Origin: Narcine bancroftii
Lineage: Eukaryota
Assembly (NCBI RefSeq): GCF_036971445.1
Contig: NC_091470.1
Location: 152,582,001 to 152,646,000, forward strand
DNA: 64,000 nt
Direction of reading: 5' to 3'
Position numbers and translations under genes: made by a program. How positions within the stretch are numbered: position 1 is the stretch's first letter; each line of letters starts with the position of its first letter. Shown here one piece after another: positions 1 to 13,317 of the stretch. The notes below the pieces were generated by a model. The model was not told the DNA's origin. It made no database searches and saw only the letters and a list, made by a program, of their open reading frames with translations.

Positions 1-490
1 TGTATCAAATTGAATTTGTATGAATTGCTTTAGCAGATTCTAGAACGTGTATAGCTGTTAACTGGAAAATCAGATATAGATTTGGGAGTAGAGAGGTGCT
101 ATGCAGAGTTACGTAGTTGTATACCACTTGAAAAGACTATTTATAATTTACAAAATAGATATCAGATTTTTTGTAAAATATGGTACCCATATTTACATGA
201 TATAGATGTGAATATTTAATAAGCTCTCTGTAGACTCCCTCTCTTGATAACCACCGACATCATTATATTATTTTAAAACTTTGTTGTGTGACTTACTTAC
301 TTCTCCAGTTTTCTTTGTTTCTTTTTCTGTTTCTTTTTCTTTTTGGGTTGAATGGGGTTTGGGAGGGAAGGAGGGATGGGAGAACTTTTTATACCGTATG
401 TATAACTTTTAAAAATATGTTATTGGAAGAAATGTACTTACTGTTGTGGTTTAAAAATTGTTAAATAAAATATATTTAAATTAAAAAAAT
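1..490 (+). mobile_element. L1-type LINE 3' end (ORF2 C-terminus, 3' UTR, A-rich tail), degenerate
   Basis: Similar to 60200-60347 and 61481-61530 (WKSD..G.ERW..EL.SCIPLEK.TY...F.K.W.PY-like motif); T-rich then G-rich UTR, AATAAA and A-rich end. Confidence 0.75.
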
Positions 491-632
491 AATAATCCAG
501 TGTTGGAAGTGAAAAGCAATGAGTAGAAGAATGAGTGAAGGAGGCCTCACAATTGTCTGATAACCATGATGTGAATTGATTTTTCAGATTTGTCTAGGCC
601 ATTTGAAGCCCAAGCACACAAAGCCTCCACAA

Positions 633-785
633 TTGGGCAGCACGGTTAACATCGCAGTCAGCACAGTGCTGTTATAGCACCAGTGTTGTGCTAACGTTCT
701 CCTCATGCCTGCATGGATTTCCTTCAGGTGCTCCGGTTTCCCCCCACCATTCAAAGCATACTGCGATTGAACTTCAATTAGATGT
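633..785 (+). mobile_element. tRNA-derived V-SINE (HE1-like) fragment
   Basis: ggcagcacggtta head and V-domain-like gttctcctcatgcctgcatggatttccttcaggtgctccggtttcccccac. Confidence 0.7.
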
Positions 786-789
786 AAAA

Positions 790-2890
790 ATCATACTGAA
801 ATACTGGAGGAACTCAGCCGGTTTTTCAGGATCCATGAGAGACAAAAATATATTGCCAATGTTTCAGATCTGAGCCTTTCTTCAGAATAAGCCAGAAGCA
901 GGAAATCTCAAAACTTTTCACAATTCAGATAATGGTGGCTGGGGAGGAATCTAGACCAATAATAGGTATTAATTGCATATGATAAGGGACGGGGTACAAA
1001 TTTATCATGTTTGTGTAAAAGGAGACGCAATAGAGAGACAGAACTAGGGGAAGGGTAGAGGGGAAGAAGGGAGGGGGAAAAAGGTTTCAAAGAGGCCATC
1101 TGGTTGGAGGGTGCCCAATTTGCTGGTGGTCTCAGTATGGGACCACAGATAGACACGTAAGCAAGGGAATGGGATGGAGAATTGAAATGGGTGTCCACTG
1201 GGAAATCTACGCTATTGCAGTGGGTAGAGCCAAGTGTTCAACAAAGTGATCTCCCAGTGTGCGTCCAATCTAGTGCTTCTCAACCTTTTTCTTTCCACTC
1301 ACATACTACTTTAAGTATTCCCTCGGCCATTAGTGCTCTGTAATTCATAAGGGTTGCCTAAGGTGGTACATAGGTGGAAAGAAAATGTTTGAAAACCACT
1401 GTTTTAATCATACCTAATTGACACGTTATTGTGCACAGTTTCATAACTTCAAAGGAAATAGGCCAAAGACAATTTTTCTCAAGCAAAATATTTCAGTGAT
1501 AATTGGGTCTAGAGCAGTGATTCTCAACCTTCCCTTTCCACTCAAATACCACCTTAAGTAATCCCTTCCTAATCACAGAGCACCAATGGCATAGGGATTA
1601 CTTAAAGTGGTATGCGAGTGGAAAGAAAAAGGTTGAGTTCCACCGGTCCAGTCTCTCCAATGTAGAGGAGTCCGCCCGGGAACACAGGATGCAGAAGATG
1701 ACATCTGCAGATTCACAAGTGAAATGTTGCTTCACTTCAAAGGACTGTTTTGGGCCCCGAGTGGTGGTGAGGGAGGAAGTGTGGGCACGAAGAGCATTTC
1801 CTGTGATCACAGGAAGGGGGTGATAGGTGAGGAGAAAGGAGAATACAAGAGTCACGAAAGTACTGGTCCCTGCTGAAGGTAAAGAGGGGAATAAAGGGGA
1901 ATATGCAGAAATGGCGGAGGAGGATGTGTAGGCTGGTAGGATGTTAGGTGAGGACGAGGAATCCTGTCTTTGTAGGGTTGGAAAGGGCCAGGGCAGATAT
2001 CCAGGTTATGGAGGATATGCAGGTGAGTGCCATTGGTGGTAGTAGAGGGAAAGGCACATTGTTTGAAGAAGGAGATCTCTCATGATCTGGCATGGAAGTC
2101 TTTATCCTGGTGCAAATGTGATGGAGACGGAGGAATTGAAAGAATGGAATGAATCCTTACAGAGAACAGGGTGGGAAGAGGTGTAGTCTAGACAGCTGTG
2201 GAGTTGGTGGGTTTGTAGATGTCTGTTGAGAGTATGTCTCCCGAGAGAGACAGAGAGATCGAGGAAAGGGAGAGTGTTGCTGGAGATGGGCTAAGTGAAT
2301 GTGAGGTCAGAGTAGAAGTTGGCAGCAAAATAAAGGAAGTCAACGAGCTCATCAAGGTGCATAAGGCAGTCCCAAAGTAGTAATCAATGTTGGGGAAGAA
2401 GAGTTGAGGGGCCTTGCATGTGTAGGCTTGTAGCATGGACTGCTCCACATAACCAACAAAAAGGCAGGCATAGGTGGGGCCCATGGCTACCCCTTTCATC
2501 TGGAGAAAGCAGGATGAGTCAAATGAGAAATAATTGAGGGTGAGGACATTCCTCCAGCTGAAGGAGGATGGTAGTGGAGGGGGTCTGGTTGAGTCAATTG
2601 TCCAGGAATAAACAAAGGACTTTGAGGCCTTCAGTATGGAGGATGAGGTGTATAGTGATTGGATATCTATGGTAAACATGAGCCGATCAAGTTCAGGGAA
2701 GCTGATGAAGTGATGGAGGGCATGTGAAGTGTCCTGGATGTCGGTGGGGAGGGACTGCCCCAGATGACAAAACAGAGTTGAGGTAAGCAAAAACCAATTC
2801 AGTGGGGCCGGAGCATGCAGACATGATGGGTCTGCTGGGACAATTGGGTTTGTGGATCTTAGATAGGAGTTAGAAATGGGTGGTATGAGG
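790..2890 (-). mobile_element. Penelope-like retroelement (RT + GIY-YIG endonuclease), degenerate, interrupted by a MITE
   Basis: ORF 2188-2970: FTIDIQSLYTS, LQMKGVAMGPTYACLFVGYVEQ, decayed YIDD, TDIYKPTNS. ORF 1598-1855: FEVKQHFTCESADVIFCILCSR (start of GIY-YIG region). Terminal region at about 790-890. Confidence 0.88.
1271..1645. mobile_element. Composite hAT/Charlie-type MITE with 131-bp inverted arms
   Basis: Arms 1271-1401 and 1515-1645 are inverted copies; each has CAGTG(A/C)TTCTCAACC-like termini. 8-bp TSD gtccaatc (1263-1270) / gtccagtc (1646-1653). Confidence 0.88.
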
Positions 2891-2892
2891 TC

Positions 2893-2960
2893 ATTGGGCA
2901 GCACGGGCTCATGAGCCAAAAGGGCCCGTAACCATGCTGTATGTCTAAATTTAAATTTAA
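2893..2960 (+). mobile_element. HE1-like SINE 3' tail
   Basis: gggcagcacgggctcatgagccaaaagggcccgtaaccatgctgtatgtctaaa matches the tail at 13480-13535. Confidence 0.65.
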
Positions 2961-3044
2961 TCAGATTCAAGAATGGAAAAGTGCTTATTTTTATAGCTGC
3001 TCCTGCATTGGCTGGTTTTAAAGCATTTCCAAGAACTGTTCAAC

Positions 3045-3225
3045 TGAGGCACAGAAGTAACGACCGATGCTGGAATCCTGAGCAAAAGGAAGCCAGAGGA
3101 CTCAGGAGGTCAGGCAATATCCATCGAGAGAAAGGGACAGTCAACATTTCAATTTGGGACCCTTTATTAAAACTAAATCTGACCTGCTGGAATCCTTTAG
3201 CTTCTTATCGTTTCCTCCACTGAGA
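3045..3225. mobile_element. Penelope terminal fragment
   Basis: gatgctggaatc...ggactcaggaggtcaggcaatatcc...gtcaacatttc motif shared with other Penelope termini in the window. Confidence 0.55.
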
Positions 3226-3279
3226 TGCTATACTTGACTTGATTACTTGGTCTACTGTATCTGCCACTCAGTCCAACAA

Positions 3280-3430
3280 GAATAGTTTTGCAAATGTGGT
3301 CAATTAACTGCAAAATCCCACAAACAATAGAACAATGACCCCATATTCTATTTTAGTCATGTAGGTTGAGAGATAAATATTGGTCCAGGTCATTGGAGGT
3401 TACTGTTCTTGTTCACACAGTGCCAAAATA
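3280..3430 (-). mobile_element. Ancient DeuSINE-like fragment
   Basis: cccacaaacaat...gttgagagataaatattggtccagg; similar to 38915-39095. Confidence 0.5.
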
Positions 3431-4497
3431 TTTTTTACTGAGGACTAAGTTTAATATTCCATTTGTGCATGAATGTGTTGAAATCTCTCAAAGACCGTGT
3501 ACATAAATAATAAAGCATTAGATTTCACACATACTGTATACAGACGATCAATGTAACATGCACACAAAATCAGGCAGCACAGAAGGTGGCCTTCAAACCA
3601 CTGTGCCCATGTTGGCTCTTAGTAAGAGCTATCCAATTAGTCCCACTCCTCTGCTCCTTCTTCACAGCCATAAAAAAATCTCTTCATGCATTTCTTCAAT
3701 TTTCTTTTGGAATTTACTATTCCATCTATTTTTCGTAGTCTTGCAGACAGTGTGATCCATCGAATTGACTGAATAATAAAAGTTCTCAAGTCCAACAGCC
3801 CTGGCTTTTTTGTCAATTACCTTCAATCTGTTTTCTGGTTACTGATCCTCTTGCTCTTTGTAAGATGGGAACTCACAACACCATGAAGTGCAATTGTGAC
3901 CATTGAGGTCTGAGACAGCAATTCAATTGCTTTTACATCAGTTATGAAGGAGGGCACATAATTTGCTGCAACTTGAGAAGTTGGCAACAGCAAGGTCAGA
4001 AGATTGTTCACCAAAAGCACAAGGTGCATCGACATGTATTTGCTTAAATTTGCTTTGCGTCACTGACTTAAGAGACTATATTGAATCTGCGTTTGTGTTT
4101 TGTATCAAAACTTGTCCTTGTACATTACTCAGAGGGGAGAAAAAGGAAAATACATCCTTGCTTCTCCATGCAATTCTTCTCACTACTGTTATGTCACAGA
4201 CGAGCAGTAATATTTTTATTATTAATTACGAATAATATAACACATTATCTTAACTTATCCCCCACTATGTACAAATATACTTATATATCTGGAAGGTTAT
4301 TCATAAGTCAATCTTAGAAATCCAGTGTAGACAAAAAGAAGTGATGCTAAGAAGTGATTATGAATAAGGTTGGAGAGACTGAGAGATAGATTGATGAAAA
4401 CTCTCAAAACCTTGACAAGTTAATTCCAGAGCAAATGTCCCTTCAGAGGAGTGGTAGCCACAATTCCATTTTCTCAGGATATGAAAGGAGTGACACT

Positions 4498-5472
4498 AGC
4501 CCCTCATACACTTGCATCCAACTAAATAGGCCATTCAGTGTCCCGGGATAGGAATAGCACTTTTGCTGCTCACACTTGCCCACTCCTAACTGGAACACTG
4601 CACACGTTCACACTTGCAAGGAGCCATCTCTGGGGTTTGGATTGTTCTACCTTCTACTGATGACATCATGATGCATTGAGTGATTGTGGACCTGCCTTAA
4701 ATCCTGATCAAAGTATTATGATTTTATATTTGAACCAAATTATTCATGCCTAATTATAACATAATTAAGCTTTATGTACAGCACAGAATGAGCCCTTCAG
4801 CCGCTGTTATTGATATGCCGACCTATATAAACCTTTATAAGGGACCATGGGAAAGTGCTAGCAATAACTAGTAATAGCGGACAAGTTTTAAACAGCGTGG
4901 GAAAGTTGGTAGCACTATCGCATACAATATTATAAATACTGGTGGGGAGAGAAGCAATGGTGGACCTACCCTCCCAGAATGCTGTGCAGCAGAGAAAGGG
5001 CTGTAAGCAGGACTGCATGCATGGAGCACTCATAGAGGGGTTTCTCTGTCACACAGCATTCTGGGAAGGCAGGTTCACCATCGCTTTTTTCTACGATGTT
5101 TATAAATAGTGCACTACCAACTTTCCCAGTTTAAAAATTGTCCGCAATTGCTATTTTTCCTCTCTCCTGCTGCAACTTTCCCACAGTAAAGTTTATCGCT
5201 TCATTTTCATCTTTTCTTCCTTTACATTCCTGCACTCATGCAAAAACTTGGGTCATTTCTATTCCAGAATGAAATAGTCCATTCTGCACTTGCTTGGTTG
5301 CAAAGCCGGCATCTGCAAATACCAGGGACTGTATGGGGTCAAGAGAGCCTATCCCCGGCATGAGATGACATCATCTCATCCGGGCGTTAAGATGATTTTC
5401 CTTTCACATTACACCCCTTTTAGGCCAATTGGCCGTTAATTCCTGGGACCACTTGCAAGAGTGAAAGGGGTT
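4498..5472 (+). mobile_element. Non-autonomous PIF/Harbinger-like DNA element, copy 1 (strand is relative to copy 2)
   Basis: Termini agcccctcatacacttgca...tgcaagagtgaaaggggtt; internal inverted repeat about 4880-5150; inverted homologue at 14881-15856. Confidence 0.75.
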
Positions 5473-5958
5473 TTTCACATTACTTCCAGAACCCAGACGT
5501 GGGCCATTCCAAAGTGACTTTTTTTTCAGTCACAGTGTGGTACTCTAATTCCCTTTCAAAATTACCCTTCCTGAGCTCACGGTGGGGATCAAAACTTCAC
5601 CCAAAAGGGAGAAACAAACAAACTGTCTATTACCACATGAAGCCACCCCAGCACAGTGTCTTCAGATGCTGCTGCTTTAAAATGGCTGCTGGTCACAAAA
5701 TGTGGTGTTCCTTTAAGTGCGTCTCTTGCAAAACTCTCCACACCTGTGCCTAGATAAAAGGAACATATTTCCTCTCTTCTCTTCAAAAGTATAAAAGTGG
5801 GTACACGCTATATTAGTTGCTGCTGAACTCAGTTCTCTCCAGTTGTGAATGGTTGCAACCTAAACCAGCCCTCAATTTCTTAACCCTTAAAAGTGACAGT
5901 CCCATTAAAATGAAATGCTTCATAATTACCCATTGTATCTGCATACTTATTTTCATTA

Positions 5959-6275
5959 TGCCCTTTTACACTGCTCTTGAAAAACAGTAATTAACCCCTT
6001 ATTACCTGTGTGAACACGATATGGGGGGCCATTTTCATTTCAGTACTTCCCCATCAAGCTAGGTAGTATCAGAGACTATGCATTTTGTATTGGCTCCAGT
6101 GTAAAAGGATGATTCCAAAGCTGCAGTTCCTGCCTTCTTTTGCACTGGAACGCTATGTAAAAGGTCACACTGACCCAGCTTTTCTTGGTTCAATTTGAAT
6201 GACCTGATCCGACCTGGCTTTAAACACGGGTCGTTCATATACCAATTTACTGGGATCTTAGAGTTAAAAAGGGCT
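5959..6275. mobile_element. Harbinger-like MITE, degenerate
   Basis: Termini gcccttttacact...ttaaaaagggc; internal gtgtaaaagg motifs. Confidence 0.45.
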
Positions 6276-9019
6276 ACAGATTGGTTTGCAAGGACACCCA
6301 GGATGCATTGCTTCTCACACTTTCACATTATTTCACCACTGTGAATAATAATCTGCTTTTCTGGTTTTGCCATCAATGTAGATAGCATCAGATGTAACCA
6401 TAATTATGATGCATCTGCCATATATTTGCCCACTCACTTAACTTGCCAATGTCACTCTGGAGGCACCTTGAATCCTTCTCACCAATAACACTCCCATTCC
6501 AGCTTTGTGTTGCCCGTAAACCTGGAGAAAGTGAAGTTAAATCGTTCTTTTAAATCATGCTTATATATCCTTTCACAGTCAATTTTTAATGTTCCTTGCA
6601 AATATACTCTCACATTCAAGTTTTGTATTTCTTTTTCCAAAGTTCTGATATTTCCCTTGTGTCACAATTCAGAAACCAAAAAGTTGTTTCAATTTTGTCA
6701 CAGATGAGAGTAAATTATTGTTGTAATTCATTCATCCATTCTTTAAACATTTGTCTTTAATGATCAACTTTTGACCTTCTGTAACGATTCAATCTATTTT
6801 AGTCAATCTGTCGCACCTTCTGCTTACAGTTCAGCTTAGTTTGTTGTGCCCTGCTGCATGGAGAAAGTAACCTATAAACTTGTTGTTACACATTTTTTAT
6901 AAAGACTGTTCTGCTTTTATTGAGCAATAAGACACATTGTATTTGCACCCTGAAGAACAATAAAGAGAATTTGAAGGGTTTTGTTCAACTAATTTGTTCA
7001 ATTGATACACTGAGAAAGGTTTGAAAACCTTATACTGCAGTGGGTTGCTCAATATTTCATTTATGCTTTTAAAACAATTCCCCATGGAAATAAACCTCTT
7101 TTATCGGTTATAATGTTTTGAAACATGGCTGGAGTGATTGTATTGTCCATATTTTGAAGCAACAGAATTCAAGGCATTGTAGTACAGTAGACTTCAGAGG
7201 ATCATGAGCAATGTTTTCCCTACAGTACTTGACACTAAATATTAAATGCTCATTGTTCAATTTTAGATTAAGGAGCATGCAGGTACACTTTTATAGTAAT
7301 GGAACGTAAAATGGATTGAAAATAAACCACCAATGTAGCCACAGCAGTGCACTGTATGCCCCTTTTTGTTAATTTTCTGTTTCTCAGACATAGAGATGTC
7401 AGTGGTAACAAATGAAACTCAATTTCTGAACTTGGGTTCAGTTCATACAGTGAAAGAATATGTTGGTAAGGCTTTGTCATCAGCGGTGATAGGTGTTGAC
7501 TGTAGTTGCATACAAGGTGGTCCCAAAGATTCAGCAATGTGACAAGGACTTTGCTTTTTCTGATGTGATGTCATCAAGCTGAGGAGGAAAGCTCTTCACA
7601 GCAAAATTCAGAGGGGAAGAAATCATAATCTTTACTTAACTTCTTAAATATCCAGAGTGATAAATAAAGATTGGAATACACAATTAAGTTCCTGCAAGTT
7701 AAATAATAAAAATCAAAATTAAAATGTTACTTGAAAACTTATTATATTCTGAAAGTTGAAAGAATTGTACACAACATTTTATTTTTCTTAGAACAGTAAC
7801 AACATCTTAAAATTACATTAAAGGCTTAGCATTTTCAGGGAATATTATAAAACAAGTTCTTAATTACCTTAAATTGCCATCAGTTCAATTGATTTCCCTG
7901 ATTCTAGCAGAGAAGATGGTGCAGTCTGTGAACTGCGCATGCACAGAAATCCATAAGTTGCTCTAACTTTCACAATGCCAGTAATTCTTCCACAAAAACT
8001 AGGCACAGAATATCTTGATTTCCAACACGTGGTCTTAAATCTCCAGAGGTGCATTCACAATGATATCAGTGACCAAGCCTATCACCTGCAGCTTCTCTGA
8101 AAAAAGGATGGCAACTGAATGCTTTTTCAGTCAATTATGTGCTGAGGAGAAATCTTCATTGAAACTTCCTGAACATATTTTGGTTCCCACTCCAAATCAC
8201 CACCCTGTGAGTGCTACTGGAAATTATCCAAATGTGGAAATCAGGGAAGGATAATACAAACTCATCTCGTCCATTTAGCAAGTATTGCTGAATGTCAATG
8301 CTCAGATGTGAAGGTTAGCTATATTTGGATAGAAATACCAGGTAACTTGTACTTGCAAATCTCTACAGAAACAACACCTTCAGGTCAGAAGGGGATAAAG
8401 ATAATCAGCAAAATCTCGGCTCTGTAAAACACAATGGTGATGTAAATCTACAGTTGCAGGTTGGGAGAGATAAATGCACCCAATAACCTTCCGTGTTATT
8501 TTAAACTTGCTTATTTGAACTGACAAGACATGTGAATGGTGGCTGTGATTTCAGAAAGGTGAATGTAAATCATTTTTTACCAAAAGGAAGTTACTTCTTT
8601 AGGCTGAATCTTATTAATCTAAATCAGTTAGTCTGACTGGTGCTCAGAATAAATTAGGAGATTTTCTGGTAAATGCCTTCCACTCCAGTCTTGGGGGGGC
8701 GGAAGCTGAACTATTTCATCAAGACAGGTTCTAGGACAGACTTGGGTGTATGACATGACATCCTTCCAACACTTTCCTCCCTATCGTCTGCAAATAAAAG
8801 CAAATAATTCAAGTTTCAAACATCCTGAAGTCCAGTTAATCTGCTTAATTAACAGATATGAAAGGCCGAACAATTCTGGATTTATTGGATGTCAGTGCGG
8901 GGCGCATGACATCCAAACAATACAGCAAGATTATTTATGACATAACACTGATGTGGAACAAAGAGAATAACCAATCCAGATACAGAGGGAATAAGGATGG
9001 CCAGTTCATTAAAAACATG

Positions 9020-10251
9020 GCTTTGTGTGTGGTAGGTCATGTTTAACTAATCTTATAGAGTTTTTCGAGGAGGTTACCAGGCATATTGATGAAAGAAATG
9101 GTGTGGATGTTGTCCTCATGGACTTTAATAAGACAAATTCCCACATGAGAAGTTAGTCAGGAAGGTTCAGACATTAGGTATTCATGGTGAAGCAGAGACC
9201 TGGATACAACAATAGCTGGATAGGAGAAGCCAGAGAGTAGTGGTGGATGATTGCTTCTCACATTGGAGGCCTGTGACTAGTGGTGCACCACAGGGATCAG
9301 TACTGGGAGCATTGATGTTTGTCATCCACATCAATGATTTGGATGATAATGTGGTATATTGGATCAGTATGTTTGTAGATGACATTAAAATTGGAGGTGT
9401 TGTGGACAGCAAAGAAGGTTTTCAAAGCTTGCAGAGGGATCTGGGCCAACTGGAAAAATGGCAGATGGAATTTAATGTAGACAACTGTGAGGCGTTGCAT
9501 TTTAGAAGGACAAAGCAAGAAACAACATGCATGGAATATGGTAGGGCACTGGGGAATGCTATGGAACAGAGAGATCTGGAAATACAGATATACAATTCCC
9601 TGAAAGTGGTGTCACGAGTGGATAGGGTTGTAAAGAGCGCTTTTGGCATATTGGCCTTCTTAATCAAAGTATTGAGTACAGAAGTTGGGATGTTATGTTA
9701 AAGTTGTATAAGACAATAGGCCAAATTTGGAGTATTGTGTGCAGTTTTGGTCACCTAACTTCAGGAAAGAAATCAGTAAGATTGAAGGAGTGCAAAGATT
9801 TACAAACATGTTGCCCGGCCTTCAGGTACTGAGTTACAGGGAAAGGTTAAACAGGTTGTAAAAAGAGCTTTAATCCCTGGAGCGTAGAAGAATGAGGGGA
9901 GAGTTGATAGAGGTATTTAAAATTATGAGGGGGATAGACAGAATAAATATAGGTAGGCTTTATCCATTGAGGGTAGGTGAGATACCAACCAGAATACATA
10001 GGTATTCTGAATATCATGGGTGATAGGGGAAAGGTTTTGGAGGAACATGAGGGGAACTTTTTCACACAGAGTGGTGAGAGTGCAGAATGAGATGACAGGT
10101 GAAGTGGTGATTGCGGGATCAAGTTTAATATTTAAGAAGAATTTGGACAGGCACATGACTGGAAGAAGTATGGAGGACTGTGAACTGGGTGCAGGTGCAG
10201 GTCAGTGGGACGAGGCAAAATAAATGTCTCAGCACAAACTAGAAGGGCCGA
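9020..10251 (+). mobile_element. CR1-clade LINE, 5'-truncated, frameshifted RT
   Basis: LTNLIEFFEEVT, WRPVTSGAPQGSVLG, MFVDDIKIGG, LQRDL, WQMEFN; typical CR1 3' end. Confidence 0.92.
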
Positions 10252-10673
10252 CCACCTGACCATATGACAGGCAATACTGGGTTACATAGGTACCAGTAGC
10301 ACTCAGACAAGTGACATGATCAGGCGACTAAAATGGCCTCCCTCCAAGCTTGCTTGGTGTTGAGGGTGTCTAGACACCCAGCCAAAGGAAGGATGAACCC
10401 TCTTGTAGGGTCAACAGCCACCTAGCAAACACGTGCTGTGAAGCATGGAAAGGGAATCCCTTGTATCTAAGCTTAGTCTGGCCATTCACTGCAACAGAAT
10501 TTCCCCCGGCCATCTTGGACCTTGCCATTCCGCTGGATCCAGCAGGGATGTCAAGAGGGTGGGCCTGGACCTGCGCAACCCCTACTCACCTAAATCCATT
10601 CATGCAAATGTTCTTCCTTTCTAAGCAGTGGGGTATCCTCATATCAAACTGATTGAAAGGAACAATCATCATC
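10252..10673. repeat. Unclassified GC-richer insertion ending in (ATC)n
   Basis: Abrupt change after the CR1 3' end; palindromes ccaagc-tt-gcttgg and gggtgtctagacaccc; ends aatcatcatc. Confidence 0.4.
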
Positions 10674-10819
10674 CTAAGGGATGGATAGCCAGAAGAGAAG
10701 GGCTGAAGGGGCCAGTTTCTCTGGTGTAATGAAAAAAGATAACCTTCCTTCCTATATTTGTTTCTGGGATCTGAAAGAACTGCACCTCAGTAAAACACTG
10801 AAATATCAACATGAAATGA

Positions 10820-11170
10820 GCGACAGAGTGGATGTGGATAGACTATTTCCGTTAAGAGGAGGAAAGATTAAAACAAGAGGACATGAGTTAAGAATTAAGG
10901 GGCAGAGGTTTAGAGGTAACATGAGGGGGAACTTCTTTACTCAGAGAGTGGTAGCCGTGTGGAATGATCTTCCGGGAGAAATCGTGGCGGCGGAGTCAAT
11001 TGTATTATTTAAGAAAAGGTTGGACAGGTATATGGATGAGAAGAAGATGGAGGGTTATGGGCATTGTGCAGGGAGGTGGGACTAGAAAGGGGTGTTTGGT
11101 TCGGTGCCGACTAGAAGGGCCTAATGGCCTGTTTCCGTGCTGTAATTGTTATGTTATGTTATGTTATGTT
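10820..11170 (+). mobile_element. Young CR1 3' fragment with (TTATG)n tail
   Basis: DRVDVDRLFPL...TRGHELRIKG..FRGNMRGNFFTQRVVAVWNDLP; CpGs retained; microsatellite tail about 11148-11170. Confidence 0.9.
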
Positions 11171-11583
11171 AAAATAAATGATTCCATCTGTAATTTTATA
11201 CAAAATTCTACCAACTGAACGAAACTCAGACTTCCAAATATTCCCTGGCATTTCTCAGAGGGATAATTAAGGTTGACATACTGTGCCCTGCCACATGCTA
11301 ATCTTGTGTCCTAAGCTGCCTTTATTTCAATATATCAGATAACAGTATCACATCCAGCTGAATACTAGGTTCAAAGAGTCTGACGTGCCCAATTTAATAC
11401 ATTAAAACCAACTTTTCTGACACAGCTTAAACATACAAAAAACAAGCTTCCAAATCTGCAGACTCCAGTATTTCGTACCATTATGCTGAATGAATCAAGT
11501 ACTAATGAGGCTGAACAATATACAGAAGAGAGATTTTTAAATCACTGTGTAACATTTTAGGAGAGAAGCAAGATTTTGAATAT

Positions 11584-12800
11584 TGTTACGAACTAACCAA
11601 CCCCTGTTATTACTAACACAGGAGCAGCAATGGAAGATTTGCCAGACAGTGGTAAGTTCAAAATAATAGTTTTTATTAAACATTTTTGAAATATTTTATT
11701 AATCACATAACAGTTCTCACTTAACTCTAAACTTAAACCCCACTATGCACAAATGTAAATTCCAAACTATTCCAGTTTAAACTCGAGTCTGAAAAGTTAG
11801 TTTTAAGGCCCAGTTTTTTTTAAAGTCTTGTTGAACTTGAAGATCTATTAAATTGTAGTTCAGAAGTGATTATGAAATATCAAGTTATTTTAAATTGCTG
11901 CTTAAAGCAGTAATGAAGTGTTTGTTAACACTGACTTGGTCCTTAGACTGTTCAAACTCACAAATCTTGTTGAGTTATTTTCCCAGGAAGAGATTTCTTC
12001 TTTAGCTCTCACACTGGTGATCTTCAACTCCCTCCTAGCTTCTTAAGAGTTCTGGAGTTCTTGTCCATGACGAGGTTGCCTTCTAATAACAAAAAGAGAC
12101 AGTCAGAAGTGGTCTGGCTTACTTTAAAGCCATTTTGAACAGCACCTCCTCCTCCTCCAGAGAATACTGTCAATTTTCTTTTCCTTCTGGTTTCTTCTTC
12201 TGGTTTCTTCTGGTCTTAAGATGCCTCTGCCTTCGGATATATATACCCTTAAACTCATATGAAATGACATCACCAATGAGGTCAGTGTTAATTTCTAGAA
12301 AACGTGATCAGCTATTAGAATTTTAAACAGTTGCCAACCCAAGTTTCTGTAAACCATGTGATCTTCATATCTTTGTCTTGTAGATGACATGACTCCGAAA
12401 GATTACCTCACTTCTGTTTCAAAGGCTTAAGTATATCACGCGTATGACTCCGAGTTTTGTTTCTCTTGTTCAAGAGGCCTTAAGTGGTTTAGTTTAAAAC
12501 CAGCTTCCTTCAGCAGTTCTCAGATATTTCAGTTTTTAATAAAGCAAACACTCCATTGTTCTTGAATAATTAAGACCCACTTCAGCTCATTAGCTGTCTT
12601 CCAAGACATGTTGACTCCAAAAATGAACACTCTTTCTGAGTTCAAAGGTATATCTGTAAGTGTGCTGACCTGTGTGACTCTGTATCAGTCCACAACTAAC
12701 TTACATATACAATATTTTAACTCTATAATTTATTTTACTGAGACATTTTTTAAGAAATATAGCTTAACCTAAATATTATTATTAACATAAACTCATTACA
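11584..12800 (-). mobile_element. Solo LTR, family A copy 1
   Basis: TGTTA...TTACA termini; exact 4-bp TSD atat/atat; homologous to 53324-54299; AATAAA on the minus strand near the left end. Confidence 0.85.
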
Positions 12801-13317
12801 ATATCATTCAATCACAAGATTGTCCTCCAAAGTACCAATACGATGTAATGCAAACACATTTAAATGATTTGTTTTATTTATCTGTGCTTGGAAATGATAA
12901 ACAACAGTTTTAAATGTCAAGAGAGTTTGATGAAAGGAAAGATGTCACGACTAAGTTCATGACAGGTCAAAACTTTCATGTTTGTAGGTCATACAGATCA
13001 ATATCATGGAGCTTTTAAGACTTTAAATCTCAGTTCCACTAATATGTTTATATCTCAAAGTGCTGATATGATTGGTTCTGATGATTTCATTCAAAAGTTG
13101 GGAACAAATGCCACAATATAATCAAAAACAAGCATTTCTCAAACTAAACCAAAACTAAAAATACAAAACAAACCAGAGAATAAGCAATACATATGCAGAA
13201 AAAACTGGGCAAGACGCTAGAAGTTATAGTTTGGACAGACTAAAACGACACAAAAATTTCATCATCCCAAAAAGATGGAATGATTAAATCCTGAAATATA
13301 CTGTCCAAAAATATAAT

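Noticed and set aside
7868-7898. Minus-strand micro-exon with AAG|gtaatt donor
   Set aside because: Stops in all three frames.
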